This document shows positions 8,084-18,900 of a stretch of 64,000 nt of DNA, one piece after another. Numbering within the stretch: position 1 is the stretch's first letter; the number at the start of each line of letters is the position of its first letter. Below the pieces are notes generated by a model that was not told the DNA's origin, searched no databases, and worked only from the letters and a program-made list of their open reading frames with translations. Source of the DNA: a virus. Its lineage: Duplodnaviria > Caudoviricetes. A program made the translations under genes and the position numbers. Where the stretch lies: positions 3,306 through 67,305 of IMG/VR virus record IMGVR_UViG_3300027863_001680, one strand, 5' to 3'.

Positions 8084-9616
8084 GTGGAAAGCGGCACTCG
8101 AAGATCACGAACAAAGAAACCCACCAGCCAGACGACTCTTCAGGATCAGGACAGTATGCAGGCTCAGGGCATGGTCATCACACCAATGGCGACAGCCGCC
8201 ATGCTTGACTCGGCCGCGTTTGCCCGCATCAATCCCGATGATTGTGCCATTCCAAAGAACTGGGAAGAACGCGCCAAGAAAGCCTGGGAGTACTATGTCG
8301 AGGAACCGCTGGTCAAAAACTGCATCAATTCCTGGCGGACGTTCGCAGTCGGGGACGAGATAAGAATCACGAGCGACGATGATGCCGTTAAGCAGGAGGC
8401 AAATGATCTTGCCGACCGACTTGGTGTATCCGAGTTTGTGAAAGATATGGTCCTGCAACTCCTTGTAAAGGGCGATGCGGTAGGCTTCAAACGATACACC
8501 AAAGACGGCAAAGATATCGAGGAACTCACTTGTGTCAATCCGGTCTCGATCAAGGTCAAGTATGCTCAGGGGCAACTCGTCGAGGTGCAGCAGTTCCCGG
8601 AAGACAGTCCAACCGCCGGCGACGGCCTGAAGCTGCCCGTTGAACAGACACTGCATCTCAAGTGGGATGCGCCATCGTTCTCACCGCGCGGCAACTCCCT
8701 CGTTCTTCCCGCTTTCGAGTCCATTGAGCTTCTCCGGGACTATCGGCGAGCGGAGAAAGCAATCGCAAGACGCTGGGCCACGCCGTTCAGACTCATCAAG
8801 GTCGGCGGTGCGTTCGGCCAGAAAATGGTGATGCCCGACCAGAAGATGCTCGAACAGACCCGCGACACGGTTAACAAAATGGACATGAAGAGCGGGCTGG
8901 TAGTGCCCTTCTATGTCACAGTTGAGACTCATGGCACCGAGGGCCAGGTGCTTAACGTCGAGGAGAAGGTCAAAGAGGTCAAGGAAGATATAGTTGTCGC
9001 TCTCGGTCTCTCCCGGTCACTCGTTGCAGGCGACGGCCCCAACTTTGCCACGGCATCGGTGAGCATGCAGAAGATGCTCATCATGATCCGAGAGATAAAG
9101 CATGCCGCGCGCACTATCCTCGATTGGATATATGACGACTGGCTGGAGATAAGCGGACACCAGGACAAAGGCATTCAGTTTGTCTTCAACGACCTCGATC
9201 CCACGGACGCGGTAGACTTCAAGAAGCTCCTTATAGAGCTGTACGACCGCAAGCTCATAAGTCGTTCGTCTCTGCAGCTAAAGATGGATCTGGACCCAGA
9301 CACCGAGACGGCGAACCGGCAGCACGAAGGCAAGTCGGTCGATCTCCTGGATGAAAAACAGGTCAAACCAATAGTCGATATGGTAGTTGCCGGGATCATG
9401 GGCATCGAGGCGGCGCAGCAGATGCTTGGGCTAGACCCGGCGAAGAACCGACCGGGCGGTCAGGCGGCGGCAGGACTGTATTCCAGCGCGGACGTCGGCG
9501 AGATGTGCGACTCCTGTGCCTACTTCGGCGACGAGCAGAACCGGTGCGACGTCACCAAGGCCGAGACCACCTTTGACTCCCCGGCATGCCGTTTCTTTGA
9601 ACACAAGAGAGTCTGA
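8084..9616 (+). CDS. Portal protein (putative), with a C-terminal four-Cys motif
   Basis: Size (510 aa) and position between TerL and MuF; GAGGGG RBS. Confidence 0.75.
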   Translation: MESGTRRSRTKKPTSQTTLQDQDSMQAQGMVITPMATAAMLDSAAFARINPDDCAIPKNWEERAKKAWEYYVEEPLVKNCINSWRTFAVGDEIRITSDDDAVKQEANDLADRLGVSEFVKDMVLQLLVKGDAVGFKRYTKDGKDIEELTCVNPVSIKVKYAQGQLVEVQQFPEDSPTAGDGLKLPVEQTLHLKWDAPSFSPRGNSLVLPAFESIELLRDYRRAEKAIARRWATPFRLIKVGGAFGQKMVMPDQKMLEQTRDTVNKMDMKSGLVVPFYVTVETHGTEGQVLNVEEKVKEVKEDIVVALGLSRSLVAGDGPNFATASVSMQKMLIMIREIKHAARTILDWIYDDWLEISGHQDKGIQFVFNDLDPTDAVDFKKLLIELYDRKLISRSSLQLKMDLDPDTETANRQHEGKSVDLLDEKQVKPIVDMVVAGIMGIEAAQQMLGLDPAKNRPGGQAAAGLYSSADVGEMCDSCAYFGDEQNRCDVTKAETTFDSPACRFFEHKRV

Positions 9617-9625
9617 GGGCGCGCG

Positions 9626-12600
9626 ATGCAAGCATCAATATGCGCCATCGCATCGACGTCTCAGGCCCAGGCGATCCGTGAAGCCACACTAAAGAGCCTT
9701 CTTGCCCGCGATCTCTACTCCGAACAGGTCGCTCACCAACTCACGCAGTCGCTCAAGACCGCGCAGAAACAGGTCCACACGGCACTGCTTGGTTATAAGA
9801 GTCTCGGCTCGCTGCCGGATAACAAGCTCGCGGCCTTGAAGGGTCTTGAGAAGCTCGATGCCGAGATACGCGAGACAATGCGCACGCTTCGCAAGGAGCA
9901 CACATTGATGTTCCGCAATGCTTCTCGAACGGGTTTCCGCTCCGGCGTCTATCGGGGCATTGGAGAGTTCGCGGCCGCGCAGATGCCATTTTACCGCGAT
10001 CTCACGCTGGATGGGATCGACAAGCTCACCACATCGGTCTTCACTCTCATCGACACCGATGCGCTCGACTTCATGGCCAACTACAACCTGGTGCTTGTGG
10101 GTGATGTTCATCGGGAACTCTCAGACGGAATCAAGCGGACAATCCTCTCCGGTGTCGCCACGGGCAAAGGTGCGGATGACATAGTCCGTGATCTCGGCAA
10201 GGTCATCGAGGACAAGGAGTCCTTCCGGCACGCGGGAAGCAAGGTGTTTTCCAAGGCGCAGTATCGGATGGAGATGATCGCCCGCACCGAAGTCCTGCGG
10301 GCGCACAACCAAGGCCGCATCAAATTCCACCAACAAGTCGGAGTGCAGAGGCTCGAGTGGGTAGCGATGGAAGACGAGCGGATGTGCCCGGTATGCGGCG
10401 GCTTCGATGGAAAGGTCTTCGATACCGACCACTTTCCAACTCAGCCAGCACACCCAAATTGCCGCTGCACGAGTGTCGTCGCATGGCCGCTTGTGATCTG
10501 TGGCGGTGATCTCGGTGCGACCGCTGCGCCTGGTCAGAGCGCATGTATCCTGCCTCCGCAAGCGATTGAGTTCCAGGCACAGCAGAAGATCGAGGAAGAG
10601 AAGAAGCTCAAGGGCGCATTCGAGTCAGGTGAAATCTCGGACCTGGGCGCTCTTACTGTAAAGCAGCTCCAAACACTGGCAAAGCAGAATGGCGTCGCCG
10701 TTGCCCGCACCAAGTCAGACTTCATCAAACTGCTCGACCAGGCAGAGCCGGGAGTCCATCACGGTGATTTGTCGGGAGCCGCACTGCAGGCAAAGGTAAA
10801 GCAATACAACATCGCGGCGCTCAGAAGTAAGGATGAGTTGGCGACGCTTCTGGCCGAAAAGCAGGCGGCGATCAAACAGGCGAAAGCTCTGGAGGAAGCC
10901 GCGAAGAACGCCGCGCCTCAGACCGATCTGTCCGGTTTCACTATGGTCCAGCTCAAGGACATGGCCAAGCAGCATGGCGTATCACTTAACCTCACTAAAT
11001 CGGAAGTCATCGAAATGCTGGACGGTCTTGAGCCGGGTGTGAACCACTCCGGCCTTGCCGGTAAAGCCCTGATCGCCGCAAAGCAGAAGCACGGTATTCC
11101 ACCTCTGAAGAACAAAGAGCAACTCGTCAAAGCCCTCGAGAAGTCTGCTGGCCAGCAGATGGCTGAGCAGGCCAAGCAGCAGGCTCTGGATGTGGCGAAA
11201 CAAGAGGCACTCAAAAAAGCCGAGCAGACTCTCAAGGATGCTACATCGCAGATAGTAATGCCGTTTTCTCCCACGCAGTATTCCTCGTTCCTCAATTCGG
11301 TGAAAGCTGCCGAAGCGGAGCTGGCTAAAGACTCGGTTCTGCCAGCGTCGGTGCTTCAAGAGCATGCGAAAGAGATTGCGGTTAAAAAGCTCACATTCCA
11401 GCAGCAGGTTTCGGCAATGAAGTCGGGCGAGCTGAAGGACCTTGCGAAGCAGACGAAGATCAAGCATTGGCAATGGTCGTCGAAAGACGAACTGACCACG
11501 TTGTTCACGGAAACCGATCCGGCGAAGGTGTCCGCCGCGAAGGCAAGCATCGAAGCAAAGCACGCAAAGTGGGCTGAGAAGCATCTGGCGTCGCCGATCA
11601 AGACGGCACAGCCCAAGACAAAGCCAACAGCGCCACAGTCTGCTCCGCAGCCAGTCACATCGGTACCCTCAAACGCATTTACGAAGAAAGGCTTCGAGTT
11701 CGATGAGACAGACGCTGTCTGGGCGGAACACGGCAAGCCGGAGAAGTTCAAATATGTCGGCAAGGCCAATGTCGGCGGCGCACATGCAAAGGAGTTTTGG
11801 CTCGATGAAAACGGCGACAAATGGCTTTTCAAGCCGGTCGGCAAATCAGCGGACGATTTCATCGCGCACGGCGAAGAGGCCGCGTACAAGATAGGCCGTC
11901 TCATAGACCCGGATGTAATGGAGGTCAGAACGATTCGGCTCAATGGTCGAACAGGTTCCATTCAGATGTGGCGCGGTGGGCTGGCGGCAAAGTCCGACTT
12001 CTCCAGCTTCGACATTACTGAGCTTTCGGCGGATGATATTGCGCAGGTCCAGCGTGAGCATGTCATCGACTGGCTTATCTCAAATCATGACGGCCATGCC
12101 AAACAGTTTCTGCGGGCAAAAAACGGCAAAGTCTATGGTATCGACAAGGCCCAACTTTTCAAATTTCTTGGCTCTGACATGCTCTCTATCGACTACCATC
12201 CCAATGGAGCCTGCGGGGAAAGCGAGCCGTTCTACAACACGCTCTTCAGGGCAGTAAAGCAGGGCAAGATGACGGTCGACCCGTCCGTCACCCTGCGCTA
12301 TATCCGCGAGGTCGAGCGCATATCGGATGACGATTATCTGGCCATGATCCGTCCATACGTCGAGGGCAGGTTCGGACGAGACGAGATGAAGAAGAAGGCC
12401 TTTTACGATCTTGCTCTAGCCCGCAAGCACAACATGCGCAGCGACTTTGAGGGGTTCTATGCTGAAGTTCTTGGCAAGAAAGGATTCGCCTTTGAGGATG
12501 CAGCCGGGGCTCCGACAACAGGACGAATCGGGAAAGCAGAGGAACAGATCATAGAGGACGCGCGTGTCCTCGGCTGGCAGGGGAAGACTCTGCCGATAGA

Positions 12601-14203
12601 TGAGACCGACATCGAGGACCAGAATGCGCTTGTCTTCACTGAGACCATCCACGGCAAAGAGCGAACGATCATCAAGCTAAAGGTGAGGCCGGAGGCCGAG
12701 TCGAAGATGCTGCCTACGCTCAGGAAAGCCGACAGGCAGGTGGACGCGGCAAGAGTCGGGGAGCCGCTGTCGGAAGATGAGTTCGCCGACGATATCCTGC
12801 TTGCCGTGAAGACCGTGAACCACCATGCGCAGGACGGCGCTTACAACCAGTCAAAGCTGGAGAAAGCGGCAAAGCATCTCAACATGCTCAAGAAGCTCGT
12901 TGGCTCCGACGACCCGGATGTCCGCGAGATGGCGCAGGTCTACATCACATGGATAGAAAGGGTACAGCAGGCGGCCAAGGATAAGAAGCCGATCCCGGAG
13001 ATATTCGAGACCTACTTGAAGAAGTATTCACCTCCCCGGAAGCGGGTCAAAGACGCCGATTTTACCGTGCGGAAAACCAAAGCGCTCCTTACGAAGCGTA
13101 AACTCGCCGAAGGAGAACTCGCTGTAGAAGGCGAGGCGGCGAGCACTACATCGCTCTTCCGTGGAAACCCGATGCCCGATGGCGAGCAATATGAGATAGA
13201 CTTCGGAGACGGCATCCGTGCGACTTACCGACCCTGGTCGAAAAAGAACCTTTACGCCCATTCCGGTGAGCTTGAGATAACGGTCCCTGGCCGCCCGAAC
13301 GCGAAGAACTTGGAGAAAGCCCTTGAGCATATCGAGAATGTTGGACTCAAGGCAAATGTTGCCACGGCCGATGATGCTGAGATTCTTTACCTGACGAAGC
13401 AGGCTTACATTACAAAAGCGGACAGGGAAACTGGATATACCAAGATGATGACCGAACTCGACGGTCGCAATGCCGCGAAGTCTGAACGTATTCAGGCGAT
13501 GCGTTCGTTCTGGGAGAAGCAGCTTGGGGTGTCGGACATTACAAAGATGCCGGGCTATGATCCCGTGGGCGAGTATCAGCTCGGTTTCAAGGACAGCAAG
13601 ATCGCGGGAGGCTACAGGCATCAATACAGATTCGACATCTCCGACAAGGACTTGGAGAAGCAGATGGCTGGTTACAGCCTGTTTCATAACCTGACCAACA
13701 ACTCGAACATGAGCACATTCCTCGATAACGCGCTCGAGAACAACGGCGCAATGATAAGCACTGTGGAGAAGCTTCGTTCTGGAGTTACTCCGGGCGGTAT
13801 GTCGCCGGAAGCGGACATGCGAAGCGGCGGCGCGTCTTATGTGTTCACCAGAATTCGTAAGTCCCCACTTTCGGGCAGCACTGGTGAGTGCGGGCTATAT
13901 TTCAAGAAACGGCTTCTGCGTAGAATGGACAGTGTCAGCTATTCGCACGACGCTTACGGCAAGGTGACAGACGACTATGTGGCTGAGCATCGGGGTATCG
14001 GTCCATCGGACTGGAAGCAGTTCTCAAGGGGAAGCAGCAACGAGACTATCTTCAAGTATTCGATTACGCTGCTCGATAACCTGGAGGCGGTGGTCGTATC
14101 GAGTGAGTCGGAGCGGGCGAAGGTAATCGAAGTGTTCGCGAAACATGGTATATCCAGCCTGCCTGATGGTCGTAAGGTCGGGGAAGCTGTTCTGGTGAGG
14201 TGA
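9626..14203 (+). CDS. MuF (SPP1 gp7-like) head morphogenesis protein with HeH repeats, a HipA/PI4K-like kinase and a putative ART-like C-terminal domain
   Basis: MuF motifs IARTE, CPVC, HPNCRC; repeats TVKQLQTLAKQNGV / TMVQLKDMAKQHGV; kinase motifs WLFKP, GEEAAY, DWLISNHDGH, GID; C-terminal LFH, GGASYVF, NETIF. Confidence 0.8.
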   Translation: MQASICAIASTSQAQAIREATLKSLLARDLYSEQVAHQLTQSLKTAQKQVHTALLGYKSLGSLPDNKLAALKGLEKLDAEIRETMRTLRKEHTLMFRNASRTGFRSGVYRGIGEFAAAQMPFYRDLTLDGIDKLTTSVFTLIDTDALDFMANYNLVLVGDVHRELSDGIKRTILSGVATGKGADDIVRDLGKVIEDKESFRHAGSKVFSKAQYRMEMIARTEVLRAHNQGRIKFHQQVGVQRLEWVAMEDERMCPVCGGFDGKVFDTDHFPTQPAHPNCRCTSVVAWPLVICGGDLGATAAPGQSACILPPQAIEFQAQQKIEEEKKLKGAFESGEISDLGALTVKQLQTLAKQNGVAVARTKSDFIKLLDQAEPGVHHGDLSGAALQAKVKQYNIAALRSKDELATLLAEKQAAIKQAKALEEAAKNAAPQTDLSGFTMVQLKDMAKQHGVSLNLTKSEVIEMLDGLEPGVNHSGLAGKALIAAKQKHGIPPLKNKEQLVKALEKSAGQQMAEQAKQQALDVAKQEALKKAEQTLKDATSQIVMPFSPTQYSSFLNSVKAAEAELAKDSVLPASVLQEHAKEIAVKKLTFQQQVSAMKSGELKDLAKQTKIKHWQWSSKDELTTLFTETDPAKVSAAKASIEAKHAKWAEKHLASPIKTAQPKTKPTAPQSAPQPVTSVPSNAFTKKGFEFDETDAVWAEHGKPEKFKYVGKANVGGAHAKEFWLDENGDKWLFKPVGKSADDFIAHGEEAAYKIGRLIDPDVMEVRTIRLNGRTGSIQMWRGGLAAKSDFSSFDITELSADDIAQVQREHVIDWLISNHDGHAKQFLRAKNGKVYGIDKAQLFKFLGSDMLSIDYHPNGACGESEPFYNTLFRAVKQGKMTVDPSVTLRYIREVERISDDDYLAMIRPYVEGRFGRDEMKKKAFYDLALARKHNMRSDFEGFYAEVLGKKGFAFEDAAGAPTTGRIGKAEEQIIEDARVLGWQGKTLPIDETDIEDQNALVFTETIHGKERTIIKLKVRPEAESKMLPTLRKADRQVDAARVGEPLSEDEFADDILLAVKTVNHHAQDGAYNQSKLEKAAKHLNMLKKLVGSDDPDVREMAQVYITWIERVQQAAKDKKPIPEIFETYLKKYSPPRKRVKDADFTVRKTKALLTKRKLAEGELAVEGEAASTTSLFRGNPMPDGEQYEIDFGDGIRATYRPWSKKNLYAHSGELEITVPGRPNAKNLEKALEHIENVGLKANVATADDAEILYLTKQAYITKADRETGYTKMMTELDGRNAAKSERIQAMRSFWEKQLGVSDITKMPGYDPVGEYQLGFKDSKIAGGYRHQYRFDISDKDLEKQMAGYSLFHNLTNNSNMSTFLDNALENNGAMISTVEKLRSGVTPGGMSPEADMRSGGASYVFTRIRKSPLSGSTGECGLYFKKRLLRRMDSVSYSHDAYGKVTDDYVAEHRGIGPSDWKQFSRGSSNETIFKYSITLLDNLEAVVVSSESERAKVIEVFAKHGISSLPDGRKVGEAVLVR

Positions 14204-14682
14204 TGATGATAGAGTTCATAGCAGATGAAAAGGCAAAGCTGCAGGCCCTGTTCGACGAGTTCAACCGCGACGGGTCGCTCATGGTAATGCGCGAAGGACG
14301 CGATACTCCCCTGCCATTCGGCCTGATAGACAGCTACATCGTCACGCGGGTTGCGCCACACTTCGACGCAGCCGGGGCCGTCACGAAGACGGACTTCTGG
14401 CTTATGTTCAAGTCCGTAGGATACAACAACGGCTTCCAATATGCGCACACGATCAAGGCCGTGGACTGGGGCCGGGAGGACACATACGAGCTTGACCTCA
14501 TCGACGATCTGAGCCGCAGGTATCATATCGAACTTATCATGGACGCCACCGAGCACGATTATGTGATCGCCTGGGGCAAGTGGCAGCGATACAAGGCCGA
14601 AAACAGGTCCGAGTTCGATGTGATCGATGCCCAGCTTTTTGAGGAACACACAAAGATCGCGGAGGCGTGGGATGCGGCTTAG
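14200..14682 (+). CDS. Hypothetical protein, candidate immunity protein 1 for the MuF toxin
   Basis: Acidic 160 aa; start overlaps the MuF stop (GTGA). Confidence 0.55.
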   Translation: MMMIEFIADEKAKLQALFDEFNRDGSLMVMREGRDTPLPFGLIDSYIVTRVAPHFDAAGAVTKTDFWLMFKSVGYNNGFQYAHTIKAVDWGREDTYELDLIDDLSRRYHIELIMDATEHDYVIAWGKWQRYKAENRSEFDVIDAQLFEEHTKIAEAWDAA

Positions 14683-15064
14683 GTATATGATTGAGTATGC
14701 GCTCCGCAACCGTGACACCGATCCGCACTACGAACCGATAGGCGTCTGGGTGCAGGGGCTGGGTCCAGGGCTGGACATCGTGATGGAATACCTGCCGGGC
14801 AACGACGAGTTCCAGGAAGAAGCCGACTGGGTCATCAATCGGCTGGTGGAGAACGATATCAAGTCACTGCCCGATGACTTCCTCGAGTACCACCGGGCGA
14901 CGATGTCGCCATATCGCGGGATGCGGGGAGAGATAGTGGAGACAGAGGAGTGCACCTCTGCAGAGGTCTGTGCTGCCTCGGTCCTGCGGACAATTCGCCC
15001 TATTTTACCTAACCTATCTCGCAAGCCCAACGTACGTTCTATTGATCTTCAGGGCAGGACTTAA
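14672..15064 (+). CDS. Hypothetical protein, candidate immunity protein 2
   Basis: ATG at 14672 after GGAGG; overlaps the previous gene. Confidence 0.55.
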   Translation: MRLRYMIEYALRNRDTDPHYEPIGVWVQGLGPGLDIVMEYLPGNDEFQEEADWVINRLVENDIKSLPDDFLEYHRATMSPYRGMRGEIVETEECTSAEVCAASVLRTIRPILPNLSRKPNVRSIDLQGRT

Positions 15065-15305
15065 CGACCGTATACATGTTGTTGGCTGTAGCCTTGAGTT
15101 CCGTCCCAGCACGATAGTGGGCAGTTCCACTGTTGCCCACTGGTCATCGGCTCAATATGCACGCATGTTAAGACCGCTTCTGAAGATCAATAGATAGACT
15201 ACAGCCCATCAACGCTTACCTATTGTTTAGTTGCGTCCATTTGGCGTCTGTCATATCAGGATGTAACCCGTCGTTGCGAGACTGGGGCAATCAAGGTTGC
15301 AAACT

Positions 15306-15944
15306 TCAGTCCGAGTGGTGGCAGACAAGAAGAATATGGTATATCGTAATAGAGGTACCATCATTCCGCGTGTGCTCGCTTACCCACTCATGCTCTAATC
15401 CTGGATCGATAGTGATTTGAGAAAGGCTCTCGACCGTATTAAGTACGCCAGTAGTGTCTGACTGGAACCTTCTGGATAGCTCGCCATACCACCGGTCAGG
15501 CTTATGGCTCTGTACATAGCCTACCATACCAGCGACCTTGCAGTCACTGGCATACTTGCCTTGGATGAAGCAAAGCAGACCCTCTGCTCCCATATAATCC
15601 CCTATGGGGTGACCAGGTACTTTCAACCTCTTGGCCTCGAAGACAAAATGGGGACGTGGACAGCCAAAGCTGCATTCCACAAGGATGTCAATCTCTCTCC
15701 TCCGTTTCCCTAATCGCTCGCCATTCTGCACTGGCGAGGTTTCTGTTATGAAGTACCGCGGGAACTGGCCTAAGTCTTGTCGAGCCTTAATCGCTTGCAC
15801 CACAAGGCCGGTTATGTCCTCTTCCTCGTGGTTGTCGGTGATTTGCGCGCGCACATCAGCGTAGCCAAGAGCCAGAAGCTGGTGCACATCTCTCATAAAC
15901 CTTCTGTTGTAGCTTCGCCATCGGGGGGCCAGCCGCGCACTCAC
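15306..15944 (-). CDS. PD-(D/E)xK restriction-endonuclease-like protein
   Basis: EEDIT...REIDI...FEAKRL motif; 4-bp overlap with the methylase stop. Confidence 0.7.
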   Translation of the reverse strand: MSARLAPRWRSYNRRFMRDVHQLLALGYADVRAQITDNHEEEDITGLVVQAIKARQDLGQFPRYFITETSPVQNGERLGKRRREIDILVECSFGCPRPHFVFEAKRLKVPGHPIGDYMGAEGLLCFIQGKYASDCKVAGMVGYVQSHKPDRWYGELSRRFQSDTTGVLNTVESLSQITIDPGLEHEWVSEHTRNDGTSITIYHILLVCHHSD

Positions 15945-18900
15945 TCCTCACCCCCTGGTTGTGCCAGAACCTCGGCAATAACATCATCCGAGTCGAGAAG
16001 TGCTTGAGTTTCGGTCCAATCGATCAGCCGCGGCGCTTTCATTATGTGCACGGCATCACCATCGAAGAAGTACAATGACCGCTGCACGTACACCCACTGA
16101 CTCCGCTCTTGCCCCAAGGCTTCCCACAAGTCCTTATGTGAGTCGGTTATCTCGTCTCCTTCCTCCTCAACAACTAGCATACGATCATCGCTGGCATTGC
16201 CCAGACGCACGGTGCAGAGCGTGAGCTCTCGTGCCTGGTTGATCCTGGCAACGTGCCGCTCACCGGAGAACTCATCCAGCTCTTTTAACAAGCGCGCTGC
16301 GTATCGTTCGAGTTCCGCCGGTTTCGGCGGACGCACCACGGAGCCAGGCACCTTGCCTTGGTTCAGCTGGTACCTAACCTGCATGAACTCACGCGCCACG
16401 ACGCTTATCTCTTCAGGCACATCCAGCACCCTCTCGACCGCATCATCTATCGCTGCTTGCATATCCGGTGCCTCTCCCACTAGCATACCTTGTGCTGGCG
16501 CCATCTCGTCAGCCGCCATCTCGCGGTGCAGGAGCGCCAACTCATTGATCTGCTCGTCGGACATGACCGGCACTGGAATCTCCTTGGTTTCATTGAGCCC
16601 TACGGAACTAACGAATACTCCCCACGAAGAGCTGTGGAAGAAGAGCAGATACTTGGTCAGACTTGAGTTCAATACGAGCGACAAAGCCCGAAGATGATCT
16701 GCGTCTTTCTCTGGCACTGCCAATCCGATATGCGGATGACTCAAAACGAAATTTGCATCACTATACGCTGCGAACTTGATGTCAAAGAACATGTGCGGGG
16801 CCCTAGCTACGTCCAATCCTGCTCGCCGTCCTTTGCGCACATGATGCAACGCTGTTGGTATCTCCTTCAGAACCCCAGGTGGCACCGTCAGAACGTATCC
16901 CGACTGCCGCATCCCCTTTGTGTCCAAGAGCTTGAGATCCGCCAGTTCCGACACTGGCTCTGTTGTACGCTTCTTAGGATCCGGTTCAAAGTCTTCCTCA
17001 CGTAGCTGGAGTCCAAGCCGGATACGCCAATTGCGGTCTTTACATAGACCCTCCAGAGTTATCGGGAACAGCGTCCTCAGCCGGGCTATCGCCTTTCTGT
17101 CTCGGTACGTCCCCCACAGGGCAAGTTTCCAGGTTTCCGCATCTCCTGTTTCAGCATCTGAATGCTTGATCGCCTGTATCTCGTTTTCGTACACCGTGAT
17201 CAGCCATGCTCGCTTGCCCTTTGTCTGCGTGGCCAGTGTGGCCACTTGGTTCGCCGCAATTGGTCCATAATGAGTGATGGATGGCTTGTCACTGCGGCCA
17301 TCTGCAACAGAGTACACTAGAGTAGCCGCTGGCAGTCGTGCCCTCTTCTCAAACAACACTTCGAACAGGTTTGCGAAGTTCGTTACTGACGCCACCGAGT
17401 GGGCTTCAAAGAACCTCCTGCGGAACTCAGCGCAGTGATCGTTTGTTAGCGTCTTGGCGGGAATCACAAGACCTGCGCAACCATCAGGCTCCAGCACATC
17501 CGTTGCGTGCCATGCAAACGCATCGGATGTTCTATACCGGCTTATGGGGCGATTCTGATCTTTGGCATCTTCCATCCACTTCAGGATAGGCGCTTCACGG
17601 ATGGCTTCCATCTCGTTGTCGGGTTCGAGTTCCTTCCAGGGCGGGTTTCCCACGACCCAATGAAAGCGCAGCCCGCTCTGCCAAAACTCGCAGGTCGGAT
17701 CAAAGAAATCGCAGGCGAATATGTTTTTGTTATGCAGTACTGGGAACCTGAAGTCTTTGTTTGCGTGAAGATCGGGCGGTTCTACGTAGCTTAAGAGGGT
17801 AAGAAGCAAGCTTAGCTCAGCGACATAGCAGGCATCCGGGTTACGTTCTACCCCATAGATGCTCTTCTGCAGCAGGAGCTTCAGCTCATCTGCAGTCAAG
17901 TCCCTGTCCAAGCGGCACATCTCTCTAGAGATCAGCCCGCGATATGCGAGCACCAGGAACACTCCTGATCCACAGCATGGGTCTAGGACTCGCATTCCCA
18001 GCGCTAGCGGGTTGGCCCCGTTCAATTCGGAGATTAAATAGTCGGCCAGAGGTTCCGGCGTATAGTAAGCTCCCGCAGCTCTGTTCGTCTCCTCTCGGCG
18101 CAGGAACTGCTCATAGATGAGGGACAGGGTTTCCACTGGTATGTGGGAGAAGTTGTAAACCTTGAAGTCAAATGCAAGCTGTCCACCGGCTTGATCACCC
18201 TGGAATACAGACGCAACGAAAGCTATTGCTGAGTCGTCAACTGTGTCAGTCTCTTCCAACGGGAATATTTGGCCATTGAATCGGCTCTCCAGAGCTTCAA
18301 CCAAGGCTACGAGACCATCTCGGGTAGCATCCTTGCTCAGCACTAGATTGATGTCCAGGTTGTTCTCGCCCAGCCATTTGTCCGACAGAATGCCCCTATG
18401 ACGCAAGTAGCTGATGTACGTGTACTTGCCTATGAGTGCGTGAGCAACCCTCGGGGGCAGGTGTCTCTCAAAGACCAACTTGTCGCCGAGTTCGTTCAGG
18501 TTCCTCAGCAACTGGTGATCGACGCGGGTGTCTGTTCTTACATTGTGCGCCTGTGCCTGCCATATTCTGCCCGAGTCGATCTCTGCCCGGTAGAAACACG
18601 CCAGAGCCGTGCGAACCATGCTGGTGGTCACATCGTCGAGGCTCTCGATGAGCTCCGCGTTCTCGTCATCCTGGTTGTACCCAAAACCTCTATAAACCCT
18701 GACCTTGCCCGGGAGGAGCACAATGAGAAATGGGGCAGTCCCGAGGTTCCACACATTCCTGTGGATTCTGCGCGCATCGTATTCGTCGGTTGCCTCGGCA
18801 ACGTATACCACGGGTCGCGGCGACAGCTTGGGCACGCCTTCCATTGGCGGGCTGGTGCTAAGGAGGTATATCCCTTTGACGCCCGCGTTCTTGGCTGCCC

